IMG/VR virus record: IMGVR_UViG_3300043570_000787
Span: 973 to 64,972 of that record
Source: a virus
Lineage: Duplodnaviria; Caudoviricetes
Length of the DNA stretch: 64,000 nt
Direction: 5' to 3' (one strand)
In this document: one piece after another, positions 47,434 through 57,481 of the stretch
How positions within the stretch are numbered: the first letter of the stretch is position 1
How the letters are laid out: the number at the start of each line of letters is the position of its first letter
Position numbers and translations under genes: made by a program
The notes under the pieces: model-generated
Database searches by the model: none
The model's input: the letters and a program-made list of their open reading frames with translations, nothing else
What the model was told of the DNA's origin: nothing

Positions 47434-48008
47434 TAGAATTCATTTATTAAACAGTAACTTACTAATTTCTCAGTCTTTAATAGTCTGATCATAGTCTTGT
47501 ACTTGTTTGGATTATTTACTACTTGGCATCCAGCAGACCACCAGCCGATGTCATTACCTACTGCACCATCAAGATTATAAGTGTTAGGATGAAAGTTTAT
47601 ACCATAGTATCCTTCTTGTAGCTTTCCTTGCTCTTCAGACTTAACGTCCTTGTCAGTATCACGATATACTTTTATCTTACTGCCTAGCTGAAGTAATCCT
47701 TCTACCTTACCGTTGTGCTTTCCGTACTTCCAAAGATTGTAGTACCACTCATCAGATTTAACGACAGCAGCACCATCATTATTTACTTTCTCGAATTGCT
47801 TTAATGTAGGTGTGCCAGGATTAGTGGTAGCTGTAGTTACCTCGATAAACTCTTCACCTTTGAATAGGTATATCTTATCGTCAAACTTATTTGGGGTGTC
47901 TTCGTTAGATCTAACACCCAATAGCCAATAGCCTTCAGGTATTTTTTTGTAAGAGTCGAGTTGTTTAACTCTATCTAAAAGTTCTTTATCTTTAAATGTG
48001 CGAACCAT
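47433..48008 (-). CDS. putative endolysin with L,D-transpeptidase (YkuD)-like catalytic motif
   Basis: GINFH...WSAGCQV His/Cys motif; adjacent to holin- and spanin-like genes. Confidence 0.65.
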   Translation of the reverse strand: MVRTFKDKELLDRVKQLDSYKKIPEGYWLLGVRSNEDTPNKFDDKIYLFKGEEFIEVTTATTNPGTPTLKQFEKVNNDGAAVVKSDEWYYNLWKYGKHNGKVEGLLQLGSKIKVYRDTDKDVKSEEQGKLQEGYYGINFHPNTYNLDGAVGNDIGWWSAGCQVVNNPNKYKTMIRLLKTEKLVSYCLINEF

Positions 48009-48009
48009 A

Positions 48010-48435
48010 TTATTTCCATTTGTCTAATTCGTCTTTTGATCTAGAGACAAATTTCTTCATTGATGATAAGATATTCTTACCGGTAACAGACTCGTATGAT
48101 TCATTCATGCTCTTAACTTCTACAACTACGCAGAAGAATGCTACAAATTTTGTCATTATAAGGTCTATAGAGATGAAATTAGCCACGATATCTCCTGCGA
48201 TGTACTTCTCAATCAACCAAGTGAAAAAGATTCCTCCTGAGTAAAGAACGGATTTTGACATTGTGTCAGCTAATCTTCTTGATCTGAATGATACCCATCC
48301 ATTTTTCTTTACCGATCTCCACACTCCAAAGCATGTATCAATAAAAATTGCTAGTAAGGAAACGTAAATCATCGGCAACACAGGTGAAATCACCACAACA
48401 GCACTAGCAAACATCATCATCATATAGTTTTTCAT
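48010..48435 (-). CDS. holin
   Basis: several TM segments; IDTCFG, SRRL, EVKSMNE pattern of phage holin family 4-like proteins. Confidence 0.75.
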   Translation of the reverse strand: MKNYMMMMFASAVVVISPVLPMIYVSLLAIFIDTCFGVWRSVKKNGWVSFRSRRLADTMSKSVLYSGGIFFTWLIEKYIAGDIVANFISIDLIMTKFVAFFCVVVEVKSMNESYESVTGKNILSSMKKFVSRSKDELDKWK

Positions 48436-48860
48436 AATAACTTCCTGTATATATTATATAATAAGTATACAATAACAAAGATAATTAAAAATGCTAACAG
48501 GTTACTTAAGAGCTTCTTCCACCATGGGTACTTCTCATAGTACTTGACAGGTATCTTTCTCTCAACGATTTTAGTAATGTAAACAGGATCACATTTGCCC
48601 TGAATATATACCTTCTTTTCTTTTGGTACATACCAAGCCTTTACAGTGACTCTATCTTTAGTTATTGTGATTGTATCAGTGAGTTCTTTTAACGTCACTA
48701 CGGTGTCCGTATGGACTTCAGGGACGTACAATGTAATGGTATCATGCACAATTAATGTGTCCTGAGTTAACAAATAAGGATACTTCTCAACTAAACGAGT
48801 GAATCTTTTTAGTGGGCTACAAGAAGCCAATAAGATTAGGAATGGTAATAGATATTTCAT
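48432..48860 (-). CDS. putative unimolecular spanin
   Basis: N-terminal lipobox LLASC, beta-rich periplasmic part, C-terminal TM helix; lysis cassette position. Confidence 0.65.
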   Translation of the reverse strand: MKYLLPFLILLASCSPLKRFTRLVEKYPYLLTQDTLIVHDTITLYVPEVHTDTVVTLKELTDTITITKDRVTVKAWYVPKEKKVYIQGKCDPVYITKIVERKIPVKYYEKYPWWKKLLSNLLAFLIIFVIVYLLYNIYRKLL

Positions 48861-49663
48861 TAGTATGTTTTTGTTAATGTGAATAACTCTGAATAGATAA
48901 TATCTCCTATGTTAGCAGTACCCCATTGAGCAGTAATTACAAGTGTGTTATCTATTGTTGTGTCGAATCCTGTAGATGTCTCAGTGCTAAAGTTAGCACC
49001 TTCAAATGCATTTGATGCATTCTTATTATATATAAATGATCCTCCTGTTGCTATAGAAGCTACACCTGATGTCCCAATCGTTCTGATTGTAAAATTAACA
49101 TCTAACTTCCAATGCTTACTTGTTGTTGCTGGCATTGTAATTATACCTGTATCAGCTAATGCAATACCATCTGATTTCAGTCTAATGTGAAGTGTATGAT
49201 TATTAATAGATGATATATGACCTGTAAGTACAGCTAAGAAGCTATCTCCAACTTTAAATCCATTAGCAGGTACAGTTAATGTTCCTACTCCACCATCTAG
49301 TAAAGATGTCTCAACGGTGGTATTCGTTATGCGTGCACTTGAACTTGTCTGAGTATATAAACCTTTTGGAGCTGATGAGTAATCAGGAACATTCAATACA
49401 TTGTTTACAAACGTAGAAGGACCACTTGATCCTGTTGTAGTTAATGTGATTTTATCTTGTTTGCTATCTTGTAGATCCGTTATATCGGAGTGTACGGATA
49501 ACAAATCATTTTCAATTGCTTTGATTTCAGATGACTGGGCATTAGACAAATTAGCTAACGCCCTTATGTCATCGATGTTTTTGTTAGCCATAAGTCCATT
49601 GAGTGTATTCTTTTTCTGAACGCTCCCTGTTTCGACTAATCGTTTGGACTTAGGCTTGTACAT
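48860..49663 (-). CDS. tail fibre-like protein
   Basis: coiled coil + KQDKITLTTTGSSG linker + beta-rich C-terminal domain. Confidence 0.6.
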   Translation of the reverse strand: MYKPKSKRLVETGSVQKKNTLNGLMANKNIDDIRALANLSNAQSSEIKAIENDLLSVHSDITDLQDSKQDKITLTTTGSSGPSTFVNNVLNVPDYSSAPKGLYTQTSSSARITNTTVETSLLDGGVGTLTVPANGFKVGDSFLAVLTGHISSINNHTLHIRLKSDGIALADTGIITMPATTSKHWKLDVNFTIRTIGTSGVASIATGGSFIYNKNASNAFEGANFSTETSTGFDTTIDNTLVITAQWGTANIGDIIYSELFTLTKTY

Positions 49664-49794
49664 TACTCCTCCTCTTTCTTCGACTCTTGTGCCGCAGCAT
49701 TAAGAATGTTGAGGATACTGATACCATACTTTGTTGGCATCTCGCTGATAATTGCTTCAAGTTGTTTAACTTGCTCTTCGTTTAAAGTGATCAT
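49663..49794 (-). CDS. 43-aa fibre-associated peptide
   Basis: MITLNEEQVKQLEAIISEMPTKYG..., hand-translated; TAATG coupling. Confidence 0.55.
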   Translation of the reverse strand: MITLNEEQVKQLEAIISEMPTKYGISILNILNAAAQESKKEEE

Positions 49795-49815
49795 AGTATA
49801 AAATTTTCGACTAAT

Positions 49816-50085
49816 TTACGAAATAATTGTTACTCCAATAGCATCTGCTACATATTGATTCACAACTGAATTATCAGTCCCCCAAGTTTGAAACTGCTCC
49901 TCAGTCAAAGTGTAGTTCCCTTGTGAAAGTTGAACGCCTTCTTCGGTTAGTAATTGCCAATACGTTGTGCAAGTCGTTGCAGTGGTTTCAAAGTTCAATA
50001 CAAGTACGCTTAATCGTGTCGCAGTACCTTCGTTAAGTGGATATACGATTGGTTGAATCGCTACTCCGTTTGTGTTTGTTTCCAT
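49816..50085 (-). CDS. putative fibre assembly/accessory protein
   Basis: 89 aa directly after the fibre gene. Confidence 0.6.
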   Translation of the reverse strand: METNTNGVAIQPIVYPLNEGTATRLSVLVLNFETTATTCTTYWQLLTEEGVQLSQGNYTLTEEQFQTWGTDNSVVNQYVADAIGVTIIS

Positions 50086-50086
50086 A

Positions 50087-51628
50087 TTATGCTAATAAAA
50101 TTTTTCTTGCTACTCCGTTTATAATTACGTTCCAAACTTGTGTGGATGCGTTTACTTCAGTTGTTACGCTTCCCGCATTTGTTCCCGTGCTACCTACTAC
50201 AAATTGATTGTTTGCAGTTGCCGTTGCCGTGCGTCCAAGAATTACCGAGCCACTAAAATTACCCGATACTGTATCTGCTCCAAGTACACTATTGCTATCT
50301 CCCGTTGTATGTGCAAACAATGCGTTTCTTCCAAGTATAGAATTGTTTGAACCCGTTGTAAGTGATTGAAGCGCTTGTTGACCAAGAACGCTATTACTAC
50401 TACCGTTACCCGTTCCTTCAACTGCTCTATGTCCAATTACTGTATTTTGAGCTCCCGTATTATTTAACATTGCACGTCTACCAACAGCAACATTTGCTCC
50501 ATTGTTACTATTTCGTAAAGCAGTTTCCCCAACTGCTACGTTTTCTTGACCCGTAGTTGTTGCAAACAAAGCTTGATAACCAACTGCCACATTTGAAATA
50601 GCAGTTGTATTTGCATTTAATGCTTGATATCCTAAAGCAGTGTTTGTTGCTTGTTGCCCACCACCTAGTCCAATTGTAAGCGTGTTTAACCTCGCAGTAC
50701 CATTAACGTCAAGTTTGTATCCTGCGTCTGTGGTGGTGTTGATGCCTACGTTTCCCGTTGCACCAAATAATCTAAATCTTTCGGTTTGAGTGATACCCGT
50801 TGAAATTGTAAAATTAGCAGTTGATGTATTGTTATATAGTACAATGCCAAAACCATTATTTCCCGATGATGTAAATGTTGCTTTCCGTAGTAAAGAAGAA
50901 CTTGCAAATGTACTACCAAATATTTCTAAAGCTCCATATTCTCCTAAATCATTATAAATAGATAAATAAGCCTCACCCGTCGCTGTATTATTTCTTGTAC
51001 CAATTCCAACTGCTCCATTAGCAACGGATGATTTTATAACGCTAATATCTTGTGCAGGACTACTCGTTCCAATCCCCAACCTTCCATTCGTATTATCCCA
51101 AAACAAGTTAGCCGATTCACTCACTACATTTCCCGTACCTTCAAACAATACACGTCCAACAGTACCCGAAGTGATTGCAGTCGTACCGATTGTGATTCCC
51201 GTAGATATAGTGAATGTTCTATCTGCTGAAAGGTCTTGTGTAGTTCCGTTTATTGTTAGGGTGCGTGATGTTGGGACTGGAGTGAATCCGAGTGCGTTTT
51301 GTTTCCCGTTGAATGTATTCCAATCAGTCGATGACAAAGCACCCGTTGTGGTAGTGTTCGCAGTTGCAATGCTTAAAGTCCTATTTGCTGACAAGTCACC
51401 ACCTCCGCTCAAAGGTGCAGTTGTTGAAATTGTGCGAGTCGTTGGGACGTAGCTAGATAATCCACTTGTTCTTACAAAAGGATTAACACTAGTATTCGTG
51501 AATTCAGATAAATCGTAAAGCCCTGGATCAATAGATGCAGAGTTCGTTACGTTAACAATGTTTACCGTTGGTGTAGCAATGATATCTACTACATCTTCTG
51601 TTATGCTTACTGATATATCTACACTCAT
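50087..51628 (-). CDS. tail fibre protein
   Basis: DWNTFNGKQ, LSGGGDLSANRT, GRLGIGTSSP, GNVGINTT, NTALGYQAL beta-roll repeats. Confidence 0.85.
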   Translation of the reverse strand: MSVDISVSITEDVVDIIATPTVNIVNVTNSASIDPGLYDLSEFTNTSVNPFVRTSGLSSYVPTTRTISTTAPLSGGGDLSANRTLSIATANTTTTGALSSTDWNTFNGKQNALGFTPVPTSRTLTINGTTQDLSADRTFTISTGITIGTTAITSGTVGRVLFEGTGNVVSESANLFWDNTNGRLGIGTSSPAQDISVIKSSVANGAVGIGTRNNTATGEAYLSIYNDLGEYGALEIFGSTFASSSLLRKATFTSSGNNGFGIVLYNNTSTANFTISTGITQTERFRLFGATGNVGINTTTDAGYKLDVNGTARLNTLTIGLGGGQQATNTALGYQALNANTTAISNVAVGYQALFATTTGQENVAVGETALRNSNNGANVAVGRRAMLNNTGAQNTVIGHRAVEGTGNGSSNSVLGQQALQSLTTGSNNSILGRNALFAHTTGDSNSVLGADTVSGNFSGSVILGRTATATANNQFVVGSTGTNAGSVTTEVNASTQVWNVIINGVARKILLA

Positions 51629-51963
51629 CTTGTTACGTCATTTGATACATTAAATATTCCCTCTATCCATGTCTTAACTTCTCCATTGGATAATGTTATT
51701 TGGATATCGTACTTATATGAAAAAGCCTCTAGTTCAATGATTGTTTCATTGATCTTAAACTCTCCATTGGCAGCATTAGTAATCGTAATGCCATTTGAGT
51801 CTACTGACGTTAGCTCTAAATAAACATCTCCACCATAGTCAGTACGTAACTGCATACGGATAACAGCTCCCGTTAAATCTAAAGGAACAGCGTTTACGTT
51901 GATCTGGAAAGGTACTTCCTCGAAAGTATCTCCTCTCTTAGTGGATAGGTTTAATGTATTCAT
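51625..51963 (-). CDS. BppU N-terminal-like tail accessory protein
   Basis: RGDTF...PLDLTGA...YKYDIQ...G.F.V..DVTR. Confidence 0.6.
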   Translation of the reverse strand: MNTLNLSTKRGDTFEEVPFQINVNAVPLDLTGAVIRMQLRTDYGGDVYLELTSVDSNGITITNAANGEFKINETIIELEAFSYKYDIQITLSNGEVKTWIEGIFNVSNDVTR

Positions 51964-52211
51964 TAGAATGGACTTGGTGTTGGTTTCGGTTTGTACTCAA
52001 TAAGCTCAAGGTCTTTAACCCACATGAACTCCTCGTTCGTGCAGTAAATCATCTCCTCAGTTGAGATTACCCATTCTTCTGTAATCATTTGCACAGGGTT
52101 GAATAGACTGTCAGCAGAGTAAGGCTTACCTGCAATCTCATCTTTTTGTTCTACTGTTAGCAATCCTACTAAGGTTGCTAAATCTTCGGTTGTTATGTCT
52201 GCTAGTTTCAT
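51963..52211 (-). CDS. small fibre-associated protein
   Basis: LLTVEQKD...FNPVQ...WVIS.EE...WVKDL. Confidence 0.65.
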   Translation of the reverse strand: MKLADITTEDLATLVGLLTVEQKDEIAGKPYSADSLFNPVQMITEEWVISTEEMIYCTNEEFMWVKDLELIEYKPKPTPSPF

Positions 52212-52942
52212 ACTTGTTCTTTAAATTTCTTTAATATATCTCTAAATAGCTCATCCTTATATGTACCACGCGCTTTGTTTGCCCATACACATACAAATTG
52301 AACGTTACCTTCTACATATCCTAAGTCATTATCAATTCTATCCAAAGATACTAAATAAGGACTAGATGTCATTTCACGCTTCTCAAGAAATGTTTTTGGA
52401 CATAACATTTCTATATTTGTATAAGCACATTTAAAATCTTGCTTCTCTAATATATCCTGCAAATTATCTATACTTACTGTAAATGGATATTCTCTTGACT
52501 TAGCACCTGCTTTCCACCTCCCAAATAGTGAATTATAAATATTTTTAGTACCTCCTTTATTGCAGTTACTAGGTTTTCTTTTTCCCGATGCCCACGTACT
52601 TAATGTTCTTTGCCCTCTTCCTTGTTTTCTATCTACATTATTTCTTTCAAGAATCATTTTTACTTTTTCTTGACCTACTGAATACTTTTTAAGTATACCA
52701 ACTAAAGACATACCATTTTTATAGTCTTCACATAATGCGTCTTCATATTCAAACTTTAATTGATTGATGTTTGAATACAATGCAGATTTACCCATCATCT
52801 CAACACCATTCATCTTTAATACTCTACGTACTCTTTCCGTAGTTGCATTTAAATCAGTTGCAATTTGTTGTACTGTCTTCTTCCCATAGTTGCCTACTAT
52901 ATATTCAGCATCTAATGGCTTTAAATTATTCCATCTTCCCAT
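52208..52942 (-). CDS. free-standing HNH-like homing endonuclease with N-terminal HTH repeats
   Basis: KCAYT...SLDRIDNDLGYVEGNVQFVC..AN; ATG at 52942 just after TATATTTG (52947-52954); interrupts the fibre operon. Confidence 0.75.
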   Translation of the reverse strand: MGRWNNLKPLDAEYIVGNYGKKTVQQIATDLNATTERVRRVLKMNGVEMMGKSALYSNINQLKFEYEDALCEDYKNGMSLVGILKKYSVGQEKVKMILERNNVDRKQGRGQRTLSTWASGKRKPSNCNKGGTKNIYNSLFGRWKAGAKSREYPFTVSIDNLQDILEKQDFKCAYTNIEMLCPKTFLEKREMTSSPYLVSLDRIDNDLGYVEGNVQFVCVWANKARGTYKDELFRDILKKFKEQV

Positions 52943-52974
52943 AAGACAAATATACAACAGTGTAAGCATATACC

Positions 52975-54345
52975 CTAAATATTTCTACTCAAACTTGTTT
53001 GATATGCTTGAACTCGTGTGTATAGGTTTGATGCTTCGGTGTCGGTAAGTCCATCTCCTATTGAAGAGAATGCACATTGTTTGTTATCATATGAATTTGG
53101 TGAACCTGAACCGCTTAAAGCTCCAATATAATTATTTGTATTTTGAACGCCAATTGAAGCATCAGTTTGTGCTATTATTGAACTTTGTACAAAATTTCGT
53201 GTTCCTGCAGAACTTATTCTATTTGCAACAAAATAGCCTAATGAATTTGTAGTTGATATAGGTAAAGTAGTTCCTGTACTATTAATTCTTAAATAAGTTT
53301 GATTTGCTGCAAATGTTAAAAATATAGCTGATTGAGAGCCGCCTGAACCAACACCACCCATTGAACACGACGAAAAAACGGAATTAGTGCGTGAATAAAA
53401 ACTTAAATGTCCTGAATTTGCATCAGTTATTTTACACTTCGTATCAGCATATCCATTAGTTCCATTAGGAGTAGCACCATTACTTGAATGCGTCCATCCT
53501 CCGTTGAATACTAATCTAAACGCAGCGTCTGAGTCAACAGGATTAACAAGGTTATACTTGAACTGTGATGCGATGTATGCTTGTTGTGTAGTTGCTATTG
53601 GTTGGTAGGTTGTAGCGGTTGAGCCTTCTTCTAATTGAATACCCCAAATAAATGCTCCTGATACTGTATCACCAATAAATGATTGAGCGCGTGTTGCACT
53701 TAATGAATTAATTAATAAAGTGTAGATTCTGTTACCTGTTCCTGTTGATGTTGCTGTTCTGCTAAAAGAACATCTATACCAACCATTTCCTGCACTTGTT
53801 ATCGTAGCAATTCCACCTAAAACAGTTCCTAAAACTCCATTTTGTAAATCAAAATTTGCATATTGTGCTGCACCAAACTGACCTGTATCATAAGTCAATT
53901 GAATATTCCTACCGTTATATTTTGCATAAATAGTAGAGGTATAAGTAACGCCTGATGTTGCATTAATATTATCAGTCATTATAATTCCGTGATAGGAATT
54001 AACCGTATTGTCAGTTAATTTATCTGCAGTTAATGTTCCATTCGGAGCGGTTGTTGAATTAATAACTACAGTTGAATCTTGTTTACCCCAATAAGCATTA
54101 CTGAAATCCTCAGTATAACTTAATAAGTTTCTATTATCAGTAACAAAAGGATATACTGCTTTCATTTTTGACCATAAGCCATCTGATTTAAGTCCTTTGA
54201 CTAGATTGTCAATCGCAGCTTGTTGAGTCGCTCCTGTGATTCCTGAGGCAGCAAAGAACGCAGCGGCATTTGCATCAATAGATGGTGCAATAATACCTCT
54301 GAGGCCTATACCTACATATTTGTCAGTATTTATAGAATTACCCAT
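52975..54345 (-). CDS. virion spike/fibre protein with carbohydrate-binding-like domain
   Basis: NLLSYTEDFSN...APNGTLTADK...GWYRCS...WGIQLEEGSTATTYQP module and a lectin-like C-terminal part. Confidence 0.65.
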   Translation of the reverse strand: MGNSINTDKYVGIGLRGIIAPSIDANAAAFFAASGITGATQQAAIDNLVKGLKSDGLWSKMKAVYPFVTDNRNLLSYTEDFSNAYWGKQDSTVVINSTTAPNGTLTADKLTDNTVNSYHGIIMTDNINATSGVTYTSTIYAKYNGRNIQLTYDTGQFGAAQYANFDLQNGVLGTVLGGIATITSAGNGWYRCSFSRTATSTGTGNRIYTLLINSLSATRAQSFIGDTVSGAFIWGIQLEEGSTATTYQPIATTQQAYIASQFKYNLVNPVDSDAAFRLVFNGGWTHSSNGATPNGTNGYADTKCKITDANSGHLSFYSRTNSVFSSCSMGGVGSGGSQSAIFLTFAANQTYLRINSTGTTLPISTTNSLGYFVANRISSAGTRNFVQSSIIAQTDASIGVQNTNNYIGALSGSGSPNSYDNKQCAFSSIGDGLTDTEASNLYTRVQAYQTSLSRNI

Positions 54346-54354
54346 ATTAACTTA

Positions 54355-54876
54355 TTAAGCTACGTATGTAACGATAAATGTAGTTCCTGTAGCATTCCAT
54401 GTTACAGCTCCTGAGTAGAATTTACAACCAAGTCCTCCTGCATCAAAGTTAAGAGTAACTCCAGCACCAATAGATACAGCTGTACCACCTGACAATGTTA
54501 CTGTCCCTGCGGCAGCTCCTGAATTGTAGATTGAGAAACTATTACATTCTCCTGCGATTGATCCTGCTGCGGTACTAGTAAGTATGTAAGGATATCTAGC
54601 AGTCATCGTAGCATTGTTCGAAGATGCCCATTGCGATATAGTTCTTACTAAATCAATAGCACTAGTTTGAGTATTTGATAACCCTAAATTAGTCACATCC
54701 TTTACGTACAATCTCAATGAGTTGTTCTTGTCGTTAGCGATGAAGTTAATTAATACATACCAGTTATTCTTAGCATCCACCTCAGGTGAGAAACTTTTCA
54801 TCGTCTCAAACTTGTAGAATTCTTGATTATTACTAGTAATTATCTGTAGCTGATTATTTATGTTATATAATTCCAT
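54355..54876 (-). CDS. putative virion structural protein
   Basis: 173 aa with beta-rich C-terminus. Confidence 0.6.
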   Translation of the reverse strand: MELYNINNQLQIITSNNQEFYKFETMKSFSPEVDAKNNWYVLINFIANDKNNSLRLYVKDVTNLGLSNTQTSAIDLVRTISQWASSNNATMTARYPYILTSTAAGSIAGECNSFSIYNSGAAAGTVTLSGGTAVSIGAGVTLNFDAGGLGCKFYSGAVTWNATGTTFIVTYVA

Positions 54877-54887
54877 TTCTTTATTTA

Positions 54888-55445
54888 TTAAGTAGTTATT
54901 CTAATGTAGTAACAATCGTTAGCCTTGCGTCCATTCGCATCAGTAATTCTAACCTTAACCAACGCATCGCTTGAAGCAATCGTAGGAGCCAATGTAACAG
55001 ATGCTGAAGTAGATGATCCACTAATAGTAATCTGAGCTCTTGAGTCCTGAATAAACCATTGGTATGTATAAGGAGCAACTCCACCCGTAGGAGTAGCTAA
55101 CAATGTATTTGAACCTGTCTTAGTTACATCCACATATACTTGGTATGTTGTCAATGTATTCAAGTACGTAGTGATGGCAGTAATGACTTGTTGGATTGAA
55201 TATGTCCCAGGAGCTAACCCGTAAGGATTCTCAGCAACAGTAACACTAGTCATTCCATCCAATTCATTCACCATGTTAGTAGTGTATGCCTCTAACAAAG
55301 CAAGGATATCATTCAATGAAGCTCCACAAGGAACCTCTAACGTATTCAATATACCATCAAATACCGTAATATCAGAAGTCTTATTCGGACAGTTATCCGA
55401 GCAAGAACAATTTGAATTTGTGCTTCCGCAACCTGTACAGCTCAT
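54888..55445 (-). CDS. virion protein with Cys-rich N-terminus and Ig/SprB-like C-terminal domain
   Basis: MSCTGC...C.C..C; ATPTGGVAPYTYQW...VRITDANG. Confidence 0.65.
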   Translation of the reverse strand: MSCTGCGSTNSNCSCSDNCPNKTSDITVFDGILNTLEVPCGASLNDILALLEAYTTNMVNELDGMTSVTVAENPYGLAPGTYSIQQVITAITTYLNTLTTYQVYVDVTKTGSNTLLATPTGGVAPYTYQWFIQDSRAQITISGSSTSASVTLAPTIASSDALVKVRITDANGRKANDCYYIRITT

Positions 55446-55448
55446 ATC

Positions 55449-56678
55449 TTAACAATTACAATTTTCACTTAAGTTATTCATTAAACACTGCTCCGATTCT
55501 TCGCATAACACTCCGTAAGGTAAGCAATGTAATACATCCATGATCAAATGGTGCTTGAATAAAGTACTCCATTCAGGCCCACATTTTAATCCGAATAATT
55601 CTTTTGGTCGAATAGTATCGATATCCTCTACTAATTCGTATTTCTTTTTCTTGATAAAGTTACTAAATCTTGGCGTATAGTAATCACAGCAGTCAAAGCA
55701 CTCAGTACCTGTTACGCTGAAACGATCAAATAATCCACCTGATAAATATGGTCCAAATGGACATTCATTAGTTGAATTTAACAATGTGAATGTTGCAGCT
55801 GAATTTGAAACAGTTTGTGCCACGGCCCATTTATCTCCTTTAAAGAATAAATAAAATATCATAGGCGTACCTAAGTACGTAATACTAAATGAATAGTATG
55901 GATAACCATTAAATCCTAAGGTATTGCCAAATTCATCTAAAACTATCGAAGCTACAGGTGTATAGCTATTGCCAGCGTATGTGAATGCTAAATTTAATTT
56001 TTGATCGCAACATCCACACTCTTTATCGTATACTTTAATGTAATATCCTGATACACCTAATGCTGATGTAGCTACTCTGAAAGTACCAGGGCCAGGAAGA
56101 GTCTGCCAATTACCTAGTGGACAAGCTAATGTTCCATCTGTTAATTCAGCTACGTTAACTCCTGTATCAGTTCTTCTAAAAGTCCATCTACCACTTGTTG
56201 TATTGTAGTAAATCTCATAATTAATATTTGATCCTGACAGGTTAGAAGTAAATTTATATACTTTCTTTCCATTGATATATTGACCTCCCCACGTAACTAC
56301 TATAGCTGTTCCACTCTCTGGAACAAGTCTAAAAGAGATACAATCTAAATCCCAATCACACATTGATGTTGGACAAGGACTAGTCGTAGAAGGAAGGACT
56401 CCAAATACTACTGTTGAACTCAATGGAGTACTGAAGTAAGACATCTCCCATTGTTCATTGACAGAATCGTAATCTATACGAATAGGAGAAGTAACTCCCG
56501 GACTCCAAATAGTTGTCTCTGTTGTTTCAAAGAAATTATTTGTACCATCGTTGTATACATTGAAATCAACTGTATCTACAAGTAAATCTGTGGACGAATT
56601 ATATATGTCCATAGTTACTCCGCAGAGGCAAGTCATTACCTCATCACAATTGATATTTTGGTTACAAGTACAGCTCAT
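55449..56678 (-). CDS. Cys-rich putative virion protein with internal repeats
   Basis: 409 aa; three modules each ending near a CP motif; Cys clusters at both termini. Confidence 0.6.
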   Translation of the reverse strand: MSCTCNQNINCDEVMTCLCGVTMDIYNSSTDLLVDTVDFNVYNDGTNNFFETTETTIWSPGVTSPIRIDYDSVNEQWEMSYFSTPLSSTVVFGVLPSTTSPCPTSMCDWDLDCISFRLVPESGTAIVVTWGGQYINGKKVYKFTSNLSGSNINYEIYYNTTSGRWTFRRTDTGVNVAELTDGTLACPLGNWQTLPGPGTFRVATSALGVSGYYIKVYDKECGCCDQKLNLAFTYAGNSYTPVASIVLDEFGNTLGFNGYPYYSFSITYLGTPMIFYLFFKGDKWAVAQTVSNSAATFTLLNSTNECPFGPYLSGGLFDRFSVTGTECFDCCDYYTPRFSNFIKKKKYELVEDIDTIRPKELFGLKCGPEWSTLFKHHLIMDVLHCLPYGVLCEESEQCLMNNLSENCNC

Positions 56679-57427
56679 TAGTTACAGCAACAAAGTGATT
56701 TAAGTATATCAATGTGCTTCTGAGCACTTACCCAGTCTTGCGCACACGCAGCGAATTCTAATCCATCCATTACTACTCGCATCTTCATAGCTTTCATAAA
56801 GTCCTTATTATCACACATATCTTTACATGGAGATGACTGCATTCCGCAGAAAGCATCAGATACTGCCTTACGGTAGCAATCCATGATTGAAATACATAAT
56901 ACTACAATCTTTTGAGTACTGCAATAGCGAGTGTCACTACAAGCAGAGGTATCAGTATAAAGACTCCAATAAGTATGGTTCGTATCAAGAGCAGGATCAA
57001 CATTAGTAGAAGAACCAACAGCTTTGTACAATACGCCATTGCGTAAGACAATCGGTTGTAAAAATGCTTGGTAGTAAACATCGTCTCTCCAGTTTGGATA
57101 TGTACAAATCTCAACAGTCCAAATTCCATCAACGTCCGTATTAATGAAGTTGTATGCAAATGAATTGCTTGATACTAAATGAGATGGGATCGTCTTGTCC
57201 TTGTGTGCAACATCTGCCGTAGCCATGATGTATGAACTACCATCTCCTCTTGTGATAGTGATAGTTCTACTAGTAAAGTCTGTTGACTCATGTCCTGGCA
57301 AGTCATTAGTAGTGTAATTTGACGTGTCTTTAAAAGAAATCTTCTTGCAATCACAAGATATTTCTAATGAACTACATCCATCAACTAGTAATGAAGCTTT
57401 AAATGGGTTATTTATAGGTGTTGCCAT
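56678..57427 (-). CDS. Cys-rich putative tail hub/collar protein
   Basis: 249 aa; small YW-containing module; TAAATTTG promoter element at 57443-57450. Confidence 0.55.
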   Translation of the reverse strand: MATPINNPFKASLLVDGCSSLEISCDCKKISFKDTSNYTTNDLPGHESTDFTSRTITITRGDGSSYIMATADVAHKDKTIPSHLVSSNSFAYNFINTDVDGIWTVEICTYPNWRDDVYYQAFLQPIVLRNGVLYKAVGSSTNVDPALDTNHTYWSLYTDTSACSDTRYCSTQKIVVLCISIMDCYRKAVSDAFCGMQSSPCKDMCDNKDFMKAMKMRVVMDGLEFAACAQDWVSAQKHIDILKSLCCCN

Positions 57428-57481
57428 CTTATATTATTGTTACAAATTTAAGTTTTTATTCGATACTTATTTTTTAGTCAA

